From: a virus
Lineage: Duplodnaviria; Caudoviricetes
Virus record (IMG/VR): IMGVR_UViG_3300022916_000588
Coordinates: 1 to 39,697 of that record
Length of the DNA: 39,697 nt
Strand: one strand, 5' to 3'
Every line of letters starts with the position of its first letter. Within the stretch, counting starts at the first letter, position 1. Both the position numbers and the translations under genes were made by a program. Under the pieces are notes generated by a model. It was not told where the DNA came from. It searched no databases and worked only from the letters and a program-made list of their open reading frames with translations. Below are positions 7,442 through 16,968 of the stretch, one piece after another.

Positions 7442-10057
7442 ATGGAAGGATTTTTATCAAAAAAAGCAGGGCAATCTATAAGTCGACCAGATGGTAAATT
7501 TTATTCCTGTATATCCTGTGGGCTTTATAAACATGTAGTCACACCCAAGATGAAGCCCTTTGGCAATTGTGCAAAGAAGGTTTTAATATTGGGAGAAGCA
7601 CCAAGCATAGCTGATGATACTAAAGGAAAGCCATGGAGTGGAAAAGATGGACGATTTTTAAAAGCCACCTTAGAATCTTTGGGAATAGACTTATTTGAAG
7701 ATTGTATTTGTGTTAATTCTGTTCATTGTCTTCCTACAACTAAAGATGGGGATGAAGCAAGGAAACCTTCTGGAACAGAGGTTAACAGCTGTCGGAATAC
7801 TACTTGGAAAATAATTGAAGAGCATAAGCCCCAAGTGATAATAGCATTAGGCTTGACAGCATTGGAATCCCTTATTGGACACCGATGGAAGAAGGGCTTG
7901 GCAACTATGGATAAGTGGAGAGGTTGGAATATACCTGACCAAGATTTACAAACTTGGATTTGTCCTACTTTCCACCCTTCTGATGTTATTAAAAAGGGAT
8001 GGGAGGAAATGACAACCATTTGGGAATCTGATTTGAAAAAAGCTTTTGCCCTATTGGATGAGCCTTTTCCAAACTTCTCTAATCTGGAAAGAAAGGTTGA
8101 AATAATAGACCAAGAAAAGCCCATCACAAAATTCATAAAATCTTTATTTGATGTGGACCACTTTGCCTTTGATTATGAATCAACAGGTTTGAAACCTCAT
8201 GATACAGATAAACATGCCATTGTAGCCACTTCCTTCTGTTCCTCAGAAGAGAAAGCAGTTGTGATACCTAATATGTACACCCCAAAGCAAAAAACGCTTA
8301 TATCCCGTTTATATTGTTCAGATACAAAAGCTATTGCTCAGAATATGAAATTCGAAGATACTTGGACAAGGAACATATTTGGCTTTGATATAGAGAATTG
8401 GGATTGGGACACTATGCAAGCAAGTCATATCTTAGATAATCGAGCAGGTGTTACTGGACTTAAATTCCAAGCCTATGTACAATTTGGTATTATTGATTAT
8501 TCTAGTGGTGTAGACCAATACTTGAAATCAGATAAGAAGGATGGCAACTCAGTTAACACTATTGTAAAAGCAATGAAGAATCCCAGAATACGGAAACAGA
8601 TTCTTATATACTGCGGGATTGATTCTTTGTTAACTTATAAACTTGCTAAAAAACAAAAAGAAGAAGTAAAGAAAAGAGGATTGGAAAAGCAATATGAGTT
8701 AATGCATAAAGGTGTATTGGCTATGTCCAGAGCTGAACAACAAGGTATGCGCATTGATTTAAAGTATATCAAGAAAAAGAAAAAGGCACTGACGAATAAG
8801 ATAAACCAACTTGAAGAGGAGCTTTTGCAAACTAACTTTATAAGACATTGGAAGAGGGTGTTTGGTACTAAATTCAATATCAATTCAGATCACCAATTGG
8901 AACATATCCTGTATAAAGTTAAAAAGATAAAGCCACCCAAAGAAACAGTATCAGGAGCTGGTAGCACAGATGAAGAAACCTTACTGACTCTGGACATACC
9001 TGAATTAAAAGATTTGATACAAGTTAGGAAGTATCAAAAACTCAGGGATACATATTTGGAAAACTTTGAACGGGAACAGGTTAATGGATATATGCATCCT
9101 TTCTTTAATCTCCATACAGTAACTACATACAGAAGCTCCTCCAGCAATCCTAATTTCCAGAACATTCCCAAAAGGGATAAGGAATCAAGGCAACTAATCC
9201 GAAGAGCTATCTACCCAAGACCGGGCCATCAACTACTTGAAATTGACTTTAAAGGTATTGAAGTTTCAGTGGCTGCTTGTTATCATAAAGACCCAACTAT
9301 GATAGCTTATTTATTGGACAAGACCAGTGACATGCATGGGGATATGGCCCAACAGATTTTTAAGCTAAAAGAATTTAATGTAAAAGAACCAGAGCATGAT
9401 TACATAAGAAGTGCTACAAAGAATGGATTTGTATTTCCTCAGTTCTATGGTGATTATTATAGTAACTGTGCTGAATCCTTACGAAAGTGGGCTGGACTCC
9501 CAAGAGGAAAGTGGAAAATGGATCAAGGTGTATTCCTTCCTGATAATGAACCTATCAGCAATCACTTAATTGGAAAAGGCATAAAAGATTATAAAACATT
9601 TGAGGAGCATTTAAAAGATGTGGAGCATGACTTCTGGAATAATAGATTCAAAGTGTATAAACAATGGAAGGAGAAGTGGTTGAAAGCTTATCAGCGAAGA
9701 GGTTATTTTGATATGCTGACAGGCTTTAGATGTAGTGGTGTTATGGGAAAGAACAAAGTTATCAACTATCCAGTACAGGGATCAGCTTTCCATTGCCTAT
9801 TATGGTCTTTTATTAAAACAGATGAGGTTATGATAGAAGAAGGTTGGGACACTAAGTTGATAGGACAGATACATGATGCTTTATTATTTGATGTAAACCC
9901 AGAAGAGCTTGAACATGTAACCAAAGTTGTTAAAGAAATAACCACCGTCAAATTGGCCAAGCACTGGGATTGGATTATTGTACCAATGGGAGTGGATGCT
10001 GAGCTATGTGGTGTTGACCAATCTTGGGCCACTAAAGAAAAATACAAACTACCTTAA
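7442..10057 (+). CDS. polA: Family A DNA polymerase with N-terminal family-4 uracil-DNA glycosylase-like domain and 3'-5' exonuclease
   Basis: UDG part: CISCGL, LGEAP, NSVHCLP, TFHPS. Exonuclease: FDYESTG, QNMKFE, YCGID. Polymerase motifs: A (IDFKGIE), B (RSATKNGFVFPQFYG), C (QIHDAL). ATG 7442 follows the dnaN stop. Confidence 0.95.
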   Translation: MEGFLSKKAGQSISRPDGKFYSCISCGLYKHVVTPKMKPFGNCAKKVLILGEAPSIADDTKGKPWSGKDGRFLKATLESLGIDLFEDCICVNSVHCLPTTKDGDEARKPSGTEVNSCRNTTWKIIEEHKPQVIIALGLTALESLIGHRWKKGLATMDKWRGWNIPDQDLQTWICPTFHPSDVIKKGWEEMTTIWESDLKKAFALLDEPFPNFSNLERKVEIIDQEKPITKFIKSLFDVDHFAFDYESTGLKPHDTDKHAIVATSFCSSEEKAVVIPNMYTPKQKTLISRLYCSDTKAIAQNMKFEDTWTRNIFGFDIENWDWDTMQASHILDNRAGVTGLKFQAYVQFGIIDYSSGVDQYLKSDKKDGNSVNTIVKAMKNPRIRKQILIYCGIDSLLTYKLAKKQKEEVKKRGLEKQYELMHKGVLAMSRAEQQGMRIDLKYIKKKKKALTNKINQLEEELLQTNFIRHWKRVFGTKFNINSDHQLEHILYKVKKIKPPKETVSGAGSTDEETLLTLDIPELKDLIQVRKYQKLRDTYLENFEREQVNGYMHPFFNLHTVTTYRSSSSNPNFQNIPKRDKESRQLIRRAIYPRPGHQLLEIDFKGIEVSVAACYHKDPTMIAYLLDKTSDMHGDMAQQIFKLKEFNVKEPEHDYIRSATKNGFVFPQFYGDYYSNCAESLRKWAGLPRGKWKMDQGVFLPDNEPISNHLIGKGIKDYKTFEEHLKDVEHDFWNNRFKVYKQWKEKWLKAYQRRGYFDMLTGFRCSGVMGKNKVINYPVQGSAFHCLLWSFIKTDEVMIEEGWDTKLIGQIHDALLFDVNPEELEHVTKVVKEITTVKLAKHWDWIIVPMGVDAELCGVDQSWATKEKYKLP

Positions 10058-10085
10058 ATGAAAACTTAAACAATTGTATAATATA
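10055..10085 (+). promoter_or_regulatory. Putative phage promoter, copy 2
   Basis: TAAATGAAAA-CTTAAAC-AATTGTATAATATA; TATAAT ends 8 nt before the ATG at 10091, implying a (near-)leaderless transcript. Confidence 0.7.
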
Positions 10086-10090
10086 ACAGT

Positions 10091-11005
10091 ATGACAACTT
10101 TATATAAAAAATACAGGCCATCCTCTTTAGAGGAAATGGTTGGAAATGAAGAGGTGCTGAGCACTCTATCTAAAATGTTAGAGGATATTGACAAATGTCC
10201 CCATAGCTTTCTATTAACAGGACCAACAGGTTGTGGAAAAACAACTATTGGTAGAATCATAGCAGAAGAGCTGGGATGTGCTGATTCAGATTATAATGAA
10301 ATAGACACAGCTGACTTTCGTGGAATAGATACTGTTCGAGATATTAGGAGAAAAAGTCAATTCAAAGCTATGGGAGGAGATGTCAGGGTGTTCCTAATAG
10401 ATGAGTGTCACAAGATGACTAACGATGCCCAGAATGCTATTTTAAAGCTATTAGAAGACACGCCAAGCCATGTTTACATAATACTAGCCACTACGGACCC
10501 ACAGAAGCTTTTAGCGACCGTTAAAAACCGTTGTACTCAATTACAAATGAAACCACTCCCTGACCCAACTATGTTTAAGCTTCTCAAAAAAGTAGTTAAG
10601 CAAGAAGGAGAAAAATTGAGTGAGGAAATATATGAACAAATAATACAAGATTCATTAGGGCACCCAAGAAATGCTTTACAAATATTGGACCAGACCTTAC
10701 GAGTGGACAAAGACCAAAGATTGGAAGTTGCTAGGAAAATAGCTGAAGAACAAAGTGAAAGTATTGCTTTGTGTAGAGCTTTAATAGGAAAAGCAACTTG
10801 GAAAGAAGTTTGTACCATTTTAAAAGGATTGAAAGACCAAGAACCAGAAGGCATAAGAAGACATGTGTTGGGTTATGCTCAATCAGTTCTATTAAATGGA
10901 GCTAATGATAAAGCGGCACTTGTGATAGAATCCTTCTTTGAACCCTTTTTCAATATAGGCTTTCCGGGATTAGTGTATGCCTGTTATTCTGTCATTAAAG
11001 GTTAA
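10091..11005 (+). CDS. dnaX: Clamp loader AAA+ ATPase (DNA polymerase III gamma/tau-like)
   Basis: LYKKYRP, Walker A GPTGCGKT, Walker B IDECH, AQNAILKLLE, LATTDPQKL, NRC (SRC-like). Confidence 0.92.
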   Translation: MTTLYKKYRPSSLEEMVGNEEVLSTLSKMLEDIDKCPHSFLLTGPTGCGKTTIGRIIAEELGCADSDYNEIDTADFRGIDTVRDIRRKSQFKAMGGDVRVFLIDECHKMTNDAQNAILKLLEDTPSHVYIILATTDPQKLLATVKNRCTQLQMKPLPDPTMFKLLKKVVKQEGEKLSEEIYEQIIQDSLGHPRNALQILDQTLRVDKDQRLEVARKIAEEQSESIALCRALIGKATWKEVCTILKGLKDQEPEGIRRHVLGYAQSVLLNGANDKAALVIESFFEPFFNIGFPGLVYACYSVIKG

Positions 11006-11015
11006 AAATAAAATC

Positions 11016-11507
11016 ATGAGCTACGAATCAGATATTAAAATTGATGAAACTGCATTAGACATTGAATGGTTAGAACAAGCTGGATTAGCATTTAGGTATG
11101 GAAGAAACTATGCTGAGTGTTTAAAAAGGTTTATGTATGCTGAAGAGAATGTTAAAATAATTCGCTCTGAGTTAACTATAAAAGTGCTTGAGAATCCTGA
11201 TGGTACATTAGGTAAAGACATTAAACCCACTGGCCCAGCAATAGAAGCCTATTACAGAACCCATCCAAAGCATAAAAAAGCTAAAGAAGAATGGATAACA
11301 GCTCAGGAGGAGCTTAACTTGGCTGAGATAGCTAAACAGGAAATAAGTGTTACCCGAAAAAAGGCTTTGGAGAATATGGTTACCTTACATGGGCAACAAT
11401 ACTTTGCTGGGCCAAGTGTGCCTCGAAACTTAACCAGAGAGTGGATGGCTAAAGAAAAGCAAGCCAAAGCAAATAAAACAATTAAGATGAAGAGGAGGGG
11501 TGTATGA
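11016..11507 (+). CDS. UvsY-like recombination mediator (helical protein)
   Basis: DIKIDETALDIEWLEQAGLAFRYG resembles the T4 UvsY N-terminus; located beside SSB and RecA. Confidence 0.55.
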   Translation: MSYESDIKIDETALDIEWLEQAGLAFRYGRNYAECLKRFMYAEENVKIIRSELTIKVLENPDGTLGKDIKPTGPAIEAYYRTHPKHKKAKEEWITAQEELNLAEIAKQEISVTRKKALENMVTLHGQQYFAGPSVPRNLTREWMAKEKQAKANKTIKMKRRGV

Positions 11508-11656
11508 TAAAAGAGTTGCTATTGTTTATTACTATTCTTGTAGCACCTTTCCTACTCTATTTTTTTGCTAGAGTAATGACCCGAGGTGTTTTAAAAGAGT
11601 TTGAAAAATTCCTAATTGATAAAAAAAGAAAGTATGAAGAAAAAAAGAAAAACTAA
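11504..11656 (+). CDS. Small membrane protein (50 aa, not in ORF track)
   Basis: MIKELLLFITILVAPFLLYFFARV...; ATGA coupling, GGAGG upstream, one hydrophobic helix. Confidence 0.5.
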   Translation: MIKELLLFITILVAPFLLYFFARVMTRGVLKEFEKFLIDKKRKYEEKKKN

Positions 11657-12878
11657 TTTCAAAAAAGCTGTTTCCACTAATGTCAAAAGACAGAGGAAAG
11701 ATGAAAGCTCATATGGGTATTTAAACCTACCCAAAGGAGTTGACATGTTTAGAGAAGCAACTGGAGGCAGTACTTTTATGGATATAATCCCATATGAAGT
11801 TTCTGATAAGAAACACCCTGATCGTGATCCAACTAATGGGTTTGCTTTACCGGGTGAGTTGTGGTATAAAAGACCTTTCCGAATTCATCGTAACATTGGT
11901 CCAGAAAAGAATACAGAACTTTGCCCTACAAGTATAGGAAAGAAATGCCCTATATGTGAATACCGAATAAAGCTTATGAAAGAAGGAGCTGACAAGGAAG
12001 ACACAGATGCTTTGAAAAGTTCTTTACGGAATCTTTATATAATCATTCCAAAGAAATCTACAACCCATGAGGCCAAACCTCATATCTGGGATATCAGTCA
12101 ATATTGTTTCCAAGGCTTATTAAATGATGAGCTGGAGGAGAATGAAGAGAATGGTATATTTCCAGACTTGGAAGAGGGCTTGACCTTAAAGGTACGATTT
12201 GATAAAAAATCCCTTGGTACCAATTCCTTCTCTAATGCCTCAAGGATTGACTTTGTGGATAGAAAGAAACAGTACACAGAAGCCTTATTGGATGAAGTGC
12301 CTGATTTGGATAAATTGTTATCTTTCAAAGATTATGATGAACTTGAAAAATTGTTCTTTGAGTTAGATGATGATGATGAGGATGTGGAAGAAGTTGAGGA
12401 TGTAGAGGAAGAGGATGATGAGGAAGAAGCAAAACCCAAAAGGAAAAAGAAGAAAGTGAAAAAGCCTGAACCAGAGGAAGAGGAAGAGGATGAAGAAGAT
12501 GAACCAGAAGAGGAAGAAGAGGAGGATGACGATGACGAATCAGAGGAAGAAGAGGAGGATGAGGATGAGGATGAGGAAATTCCAGAAGGGCATATGGAAT
12601 GTGTAGCTTGTGGTGGAACAGGAAAGAATAGCAAAGGAAGAACCTGTCGGATTTGTGAAGGCACTGGTTATGTGGAAGAGGAAGAAGAGGAAGAAGAGGA
12701 GGAAGAGGAGGAAGAAGCCCCAAAACCTGTTAAGAAGAAATCCAAATCAAGTAGTAAAGAGGTTTGTGAATTTGGTCACAAGTTTGGTATAGATACCGAC
12801 AAGTATGAGGATGATTGTGATGAATGTGAAATCTGGACCAAATGTAATAAAGCCAAGAAAGCAAAGAAAGGAAAATGA
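11634..12878 (+). CDS. Single-stranded DNA-binding protein (gp32-like) with long acidic tail and Cys clusters
   Basis: HRNIG...CPTSIGKKCPICE Zn site, IFPDLEEGLTLKVRF; D/E-rich tail; context UvsY-like/RecA. Confidence 0.75.
   Translation: MKKKRKTNFKKAVSTNVKRQRKDESSYGYLNLPKGVDMFREATGGSTFMDIIPYEVSDKKHPDRDPTNGFALPGELWYKRPFRIHRNIGPEKNTELCPTSIGKKCPICEYRIKLMKEGADKEDTDALKSSLRNLYIIIPKKSTTHEAKPHIWDISQYCFQGLLNDELEENEENGIFPDLEEGLTLKVRFDKKSLGTNSFSNASRIDFVDRKKQYTEALLDEVPDLDKLLSFKDYDELEKLFFELDDDDEDVEEVEDVEEEDDEEEAKPKRKKKKVKKPEPEEEEEDEEDEPEEEEEEDDDDESEEEEEDEDEDEEIPEGHMECVACGGTGKNSKGRTCRICEGTGYVEEEEEEEEEEEEEEAPKPVKKKSKSSSKEVCEFGHKFGIDTDKYEDDCDECEIWTKCNKAKKAKKGK
12360..12720 (+). repeat. Low-complexity GAR/GAT codon tract (poly-Glu/Asp) within SSB gene
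   Basis: Runs of GAG/GAA/GAT; accounts for the spurious Ser/Pro-rich antisense ORFs. Confidence 0.85.
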
Positions 12879-13267
12879 TGAGTGATAATCTTTTTAAAAG
12901 ACCTTTAAAACAAGGTTGTAACATTTCAACAAAATCAAAGTTTCTGGGGGTGCAAATCCCCAGTGACTGCGATTCTTTTTTGAATCTGTACTGTCTGGCT
13001 AATGGATTTTCAAAGTCCAACATTATACGGTCTGTAATAAGGAACTGGAAAGAATCAGTTGGTTACACAGAACAAAGCCTTGTTGATAAAATTTCTATTA
13101 AAACCCAAGATGAATGGACTCGCAAAAAAGTGAACATCAAAACTCCTTCTTCAGAAAACATTGAAAAAGCTTTCTTATTCTTTAAAGCTGATATCCAAGT
13201 ACAATTAAAGAAAAGAGGAATGCCCCAAAGACATATAAATAAAATTGCTAAAAACTTAGTAAAATGA
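12875..13267 (+). CDS. Putative ribbon-helix-helix DNA-binding protein
   Basis: KFLGVQIP (strand), SDCDSFLNLYCLANG (helix), FSKSNIIRSVIRNW (helix) fit the RHH pattern. Confidence 0.55.
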   Translation: MMSDNLFKRPLKQGCNISTKSKFLGVQIPSDCDSFLNLYCLANGFSKSNIIRSVIRNWKESVGYTEQSLVDKISIKTQDEWTRKKVNIKTPSSENIEKAFLFFKADIQVQLKKRGMPQRHINKIAKNLVK

Positions 13268-14358
13268 AAAGAAAAACAAAACCAATCCCTATAAAACGTA
13301 AACCATTAAGAGTGGTGGAGGAAACACCAGAAGTGTTTAAGCTAAGTGATGAAATGAAAGCTAGGAAGAAGCCAAAGAAAAAAACAGATTATGATGGTAA
13401 CACTGAAATGATGGTATCTACAGGGTCAACTCTTCTTGACTTAGCTATTTCAGGAGGAAGGAAGAAAGGCGGTGGAATACCGGGTGGAATCATGGTAGTG
13501 GGTTACGGGCCATCGGGTACAGGCAAGACCGTTTTAGCCTGTGAAGTAGCTGGCGCAATAGCTAGGAAAGGAGGAGCTGTCAAATACCGAGATTCTGAAG
13601 CTCGTCTAAATAAAAAGTTTGCTAAAATATTTGATCTGGATATTGATAAAATTGATTGTACCCGTCCTGATATAATACCAGATGCTTTTAAGGACTTATT
13701 TAAATGGGAACCAGATGAGGAATATATTAACGGATATATAATTGACTCACTGGCGGCTTTATCTACTTCAATGGAAATGGATAATGATGATGGGGATAAG
13801 ATGGGAATGAGGAGAGCAAAAGAATTTAGTGAGCATTTAAGAAAATGCGCCAGAATCATTGCTGACAGAAATCTAATCTTATTTTGTACTAACCAGATAA
13901 GAGAAAAACACGATGCCAATAAATACGAAAGGAAAGACATAAATCCAGGAGGCAAGGCAATTGAGTTCTATTCCAGTTTGATACTTCGATTCACTTCTTT
14001 CAGCAAAATAAAAAAGGAAATCAAAATCAAAGGTAAAAAGGTTTTCAGAGTTGTTGGGATTGAGGGAACATTAGAAGTGGATAAAAGTTCTATATGGAAA
14101 CCCCATAGAACAGCCAACATAACAATCTACTTTGATTATGGGATTGATGATATTAGAGAAAATTTAACATACATAAAAAAATACACAGGTGCTACAATCT
14201 ATTATGTTAATAACACCAAATTAAAACAAAGCTTGGAAGAGTCTATTGAGATGGTGGAGGAGTTGGATTTGGAAAAGGAATTAAAAGAACAAGTCATAAC
14301 CTTGTGGGAAGAAATTGAAGAAAAATTTACAGTGGACCGTAAAAAGAAAAAACGATGA
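13264..14358 (+). CDS. recA: RecA/UvsX-like recombinase
   Basis: VSTGSTLLDLAI, GGIPGG, Walker A GPSGTGKT, IIDSLAAL, TNQIREK, PGGKAIEFYSS. Confidence 0.93.
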   Translation: MKRKTKPIPIKRKPLRVVEETPEVFKLSDEMKARKKPKKKTDYDGNTEMMVSTGSTLLDLAISGGRKKGGGIPGGIMVVGYGPSGTGKTVLACEVAGAIARKGGAVKYRDSEARLNKKFAKIFDLDIDKIDCTRPDIIPDAFKDLFKWEPDEEYINGYIIDSLAALSTSMEMDNDDGDKMGMRRAKEFSEHLRKCARIIADRNLILFCTNQIREKHDANKYERKDINPGGKAIEFYSSLILRFTSFSKIKKEIKIKGKKVFRVVGIEGTLEVDKSSIWKPHRTANITIYFDYGIDDIRENLTYIKKYTGATIYYVNNTKLKQSLEESIEMVEELDLEKELKEQVITLWEEIEEKFTVDRKKKKR

Positions 14359-14555
14359 AAACACTAGGAAAAAGTGGAAACTTTATAAGAGTCAAAGAAC
14401 ACCAAGTGGAGAAGAAGCTTGCTGAAGGTTGGCAATTTGTACCTAAGCATAAATGGAAGCTATCTAAGGAGGAGCAAGAACCTGTTATGAAAAGAAAAGC
14501 AAAACCCAAAAAACAACTAACCAGAAAAAGGAGAAAGAAAGATGAAAACAAATGA
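14355..14555 (+). CDS. Small basic hypothetical protein
   Basis: 66-aa Lys-rich ORF, ATGA-coupled. Confidence 0.55.
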   Translation: MKTLGKSGNFIRVKEHQVEKKLAEGWQFVPKHKWKLSKEEQEPVMKRKAKPKKQLTRKRRKKDENK

Positions 14556-14709
14556 TGACATTAAATTAGATTATCACAAAGAAACAGGAATCAGCGCAAC
14601 TAACTTGGAAGCATCTATTGTTAATGATGTTTATGGGAGGGCTGTGTTAAATTACATTAGTTGGTTGGAGGATAAAATAATAAAAAACCATGAAAAGGAA
14701 TCCATCTAA
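14542..14709 (+). CDS. Small hypothetical protein (55 aa, not in ORF track)
   Basis: MKTNDDIKLDYHKETG...YISWLEDKII...*; fills the gap, overlapping both neighbours. Confidence 0.45.
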   Translation: MKTNDDIKLDYHKETGISATNLEASIVNDVYGRAVLNYISWLEDKIIKNHEKESI

Positions 14710-15253
14710 ACCAATACCAAAATCAACCATATTGACTAATGACCCAAGTATGACAGCTTGGGGCTGGGCAGTAGTGAGTTGGGATGGGAGAGTCATAAAG
14801 ACAGGCTGTATCAAAACAGAAGGGGATGGAAAGAAAAGCAAAATTCGTAAGTCAGATCAATTCATTAGGAGGATTGGAGAAGTAAACAAAGAGCTTCTCA
14901 GAATAATTGAAAAGTACAATGTTGCTTATATCCTTTCAGAACTTCCTCATGGTAGCCAGAGTGCTATTGCTGCCAAGATGTTAGGTGCTGTGTCCACAAT
15001 AGTTAAGACCATTGGTGATTGTAAAGATATTGGAATTGAATGGTATTCTGAGAATGATGTTAAAAAATGTTTATTTGGAAAAGGATCAGTGTCAAAAGAT
15101 GAAATGCTTTACAAAATAGGCAAACTGTATAAAGTACCATGGACAGGTACTAAATGGAGGGATGAAGGAGTGGCTGATGCTATGGGTGTATTCCATACTG
15201 CTTTTGAAGAATCAGGAACAATCAAACTATTAAAGAAACAACTACATGGATGA
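14690..15253 (+). CDS. ruvC: RuvC-like Holliday junction resolvase
   Basis: ILTNDPSMTAWGWAVV, ILSELP, VKK...GKGSVSKDEM, DEGVADAMGV acidic catalytic pattern. Confidence 0.85.
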   Translation: MKRNPSKPIPKSTILTNDPSMTAWGWAVVSWDGRVIKTGCIKTEGDGKKSKIRKSDQFIRRIGEVNKELLRIIEKYNVAYILSELPHGSQSAIAAKMLGAVSTIVKTIGDCKDIGIEWYSENDVKKCLFGKGSVSKDEMLYKIGKLYKVPWTGTKWRDEGVADAMGVFHTAFEESGTIKLLKKQLHG

Positions 15254-15587
15254 TAAAATGCGTTTGGCAATTGCTGAAGTTATTGCTTTAAAAGAAGAAG
15301 AAAAGTTTGAAGGAATAGAGGAAAAGAAAGGACACCAAGTGACTCCTCTTGTAACAATAGAACATTACCAAGGAAAGGTTGTTCATGTTAGAGATGATCT
15401 GGAGTGGAAGAAAATAACAAGACAGCAAATCATAAAGGAAGCTGAGGGCAAAGAAGTTCCTGTCAAAACAGTAGATATGAAAGAAGCTAAAAAGGCGGGA
15501 GTGGTTGTTCCTATTAAAGTGGGAAAAGATAAACCATGCCCTTGTGGTAGTGGAAAGAAGTTTAAAAGATGCTGTATGAAAAAATAA
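15246..15587 (+). CDS. SEC-C (SecA-type metal-binding) motif protein
   Basis: C-terminal KVGKDKPCPCGSGKKFKRCC. Confidence 0.85.
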   Translation: MDDKMRLAIAEVIALKEEEKFEGIEEKKGHQVTPLVTIEHYQGKVVHVRDDLEWKKITRQQIIKEAEGKEVPVKTVDMKEAKKAGVVVPIKVGKDKPCPCGSGKKFKRCCMKK

Positions 15588-15588
15588 T

Positions 15589-16638
15589 ATGACAATCAAA
15601 ACCCTACATATTGAAAACTTCCAAAGCCATAAAGCTTCTACACTGGAATTTGACAAAGGAGTTAATGTGATAGTTGGCAGCAGTGATTCTGGTAAAACAG
15701 CTATTATAAGAGCTATTCGTTGGTTGGTTACCAATAGACCTTCTGGTGATTCTTTTATAAGCCACTGGGCAGAAGAAACAGCTGTGACTCTTTTATTAGA
15801 ATCTGGAACCAGTGTTAGCAAAGTTAAGGGCAAACAAAATAGGTATGAATTAAATGATATTCACTTTACTGCTTTTGGTACAGATGTTCCTCAAGAAATA
15901 AAAGAAGCTCTTAATTTCAATGAAACTAATATCCAACAACAATTGGATCGTCCTTTTCTTTTAGATTCCAGTCCCGGTGAGGTTGCTACCCATTTTAATA
16001 AAATAGCAAATCTGGAACAAATTGATTTGGGAATAAAAACTGTATCAGGAGTTATTAGAAAACTAGAGCAGGATGTTGGTTATAACAAAGAAAGCTTAAC
16101 CAAATACCAAACTGAATTAAAGTCATTCAAATTCCTTGTTAAATTAGAAGCTTCCGTGGAAGTGTTAGAAGGAAAGCAAAAAATGATTAACAGTAAACGA
16201 GCTCAGGTGAAATCCTTACAAGCTCTTATTCTCTCTTTAGAAACTGTTGAAGAAAAAATAAGTCCATTAGTTACTATTATTGAAATCAAACCAAGGGTTG
16301 TTTCTTTACTAAACAAACAAAAAACATTAGAAGAGGAGGAAGCCAAATATGAAATATTAGAAACACAGATTGATGTACTAATAAATGTAAATTCTCAGAT
16401 ACAATTTAAAACAATTGTAATCAAAGCAAAGCCCTCCATTGACTTACTTATAACTAAAACAAAGAAAATCGAAGAGCTTGTGTTTAAAAGAACAGATTTG
16501 AACAACTTAACAGTTGACTTTAGTTTAGTAAGTAAATTACTTAAATCAAAGCTTGAAAAAGTAGAAAACATGAAAGAGGAGTTTGAAGAGCTTATGCCTG
16601 ATATTTGCCCTCTTTGTGAAACTAAAATTAAAAAATAA
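15589..16638 (+). CDS. sbcC: SbcC/Rad50-like ATPase, N-terminal half
   Basis: IENFQSH, Walker A GSSDSGKT, Q-loop QQQLD, coiled coil, ends at CPLC zinc hook; no Walker B. Confidence 0.88.
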   Translation: MTIKTLHIENFQSHKASTLEFDKGVNVIVGSSDSGKTAIIRAIRWLVTNRPSGDSFISHWAEETAVTLLLESGTSVSKVKGKQNRYELNDIHFTAFGTDVPQEIKEALNFNETNIQQQLDRPFLLDSSPGEVATHFNKIANLEQIDLGIKTVSGVIRKLEQDVGYNKESLTKYQTELKSFKFLVKLEASVEVLEGKQKMINSKRAQVKSLQALILSLETVEEKISPLVTIIEIKPRVVSLLNKQKTLEEEEAKYEILETQIDVLINVNSQIQFKTIVIKAKPSIDLLITKTKKIEELVFKRTDLNNLTVDFSLVSKLLKSKLEKVENMKEEFEELMPDICPLCETKIKK

Positions 16639-16643
16639 ATGAT

Positions 16644-16823
16644 ATGAAAAAATGGAAGCGATTTACTTTTTACTATCCGAATAAATGTGGGTGGTTTTTT
16701 GTTATAATACCTGTACCGGGTATTACATATAATCCAAGACCGCCAACAAAATTAGTCATTGGGATAGAATGGTTATGTTTTTGTGTTGAATTCACAATTT
16801 GGAAAAAGAAAATAAAAAAATAA
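16644..16823 (+). CDS. Small hydrophobic hypothetical protein (59 aa)
   Basis: MKKWKRFTFYYPNKCGWFFVIIPVPG...; read by eye. Confidence 0.45.
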   Translation: MKKWKRFTFYYPNKCGWFFVIIPVPGITYNPRPPTKLVIGIEWLCFCVEFTIWKKKIKK

Positions 16824-16827
16824 TTAT

Positions 16828-16968
16828 ATGAGATGGATATTCCTATGGATACATTATTGGAGAATGAAGAAATTTGTAAAATATAGATTACGTCAAAACA
16901 TCAAAATGTTAGAACAACATCCAGAAGTGAATCCTGAATTTATCAAAAAATTAAAATCAAAAATATGA
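16828..16968 (+). CDS. Small hypothetical protein (46 aa)
   Basis: MRWIFLWIHYWRMKKFVKYRL...; ATGA-coupled to next ORF. Confidence 0.45.
   Translation: MRWIFLWIHYWRMKKFVKYRLRQNIKMLEQHPEVNPEFIKKLKSKI

Noticed and set aside
232-7460. Short (K/E)GF(F/L/M) motifs in the FAD enzyme, the 257-aa protein and the PolA N-terminus as a shared clamp-binding motif
   Set aside because: Too short to distinguish from chance without alignments
12325-12723. Pro/His/Leu-rich and poly-Ser ORFs on the - strand
   Set aside because: Antisense shadows of the GAR/GAT acidic tract in the SSB gene
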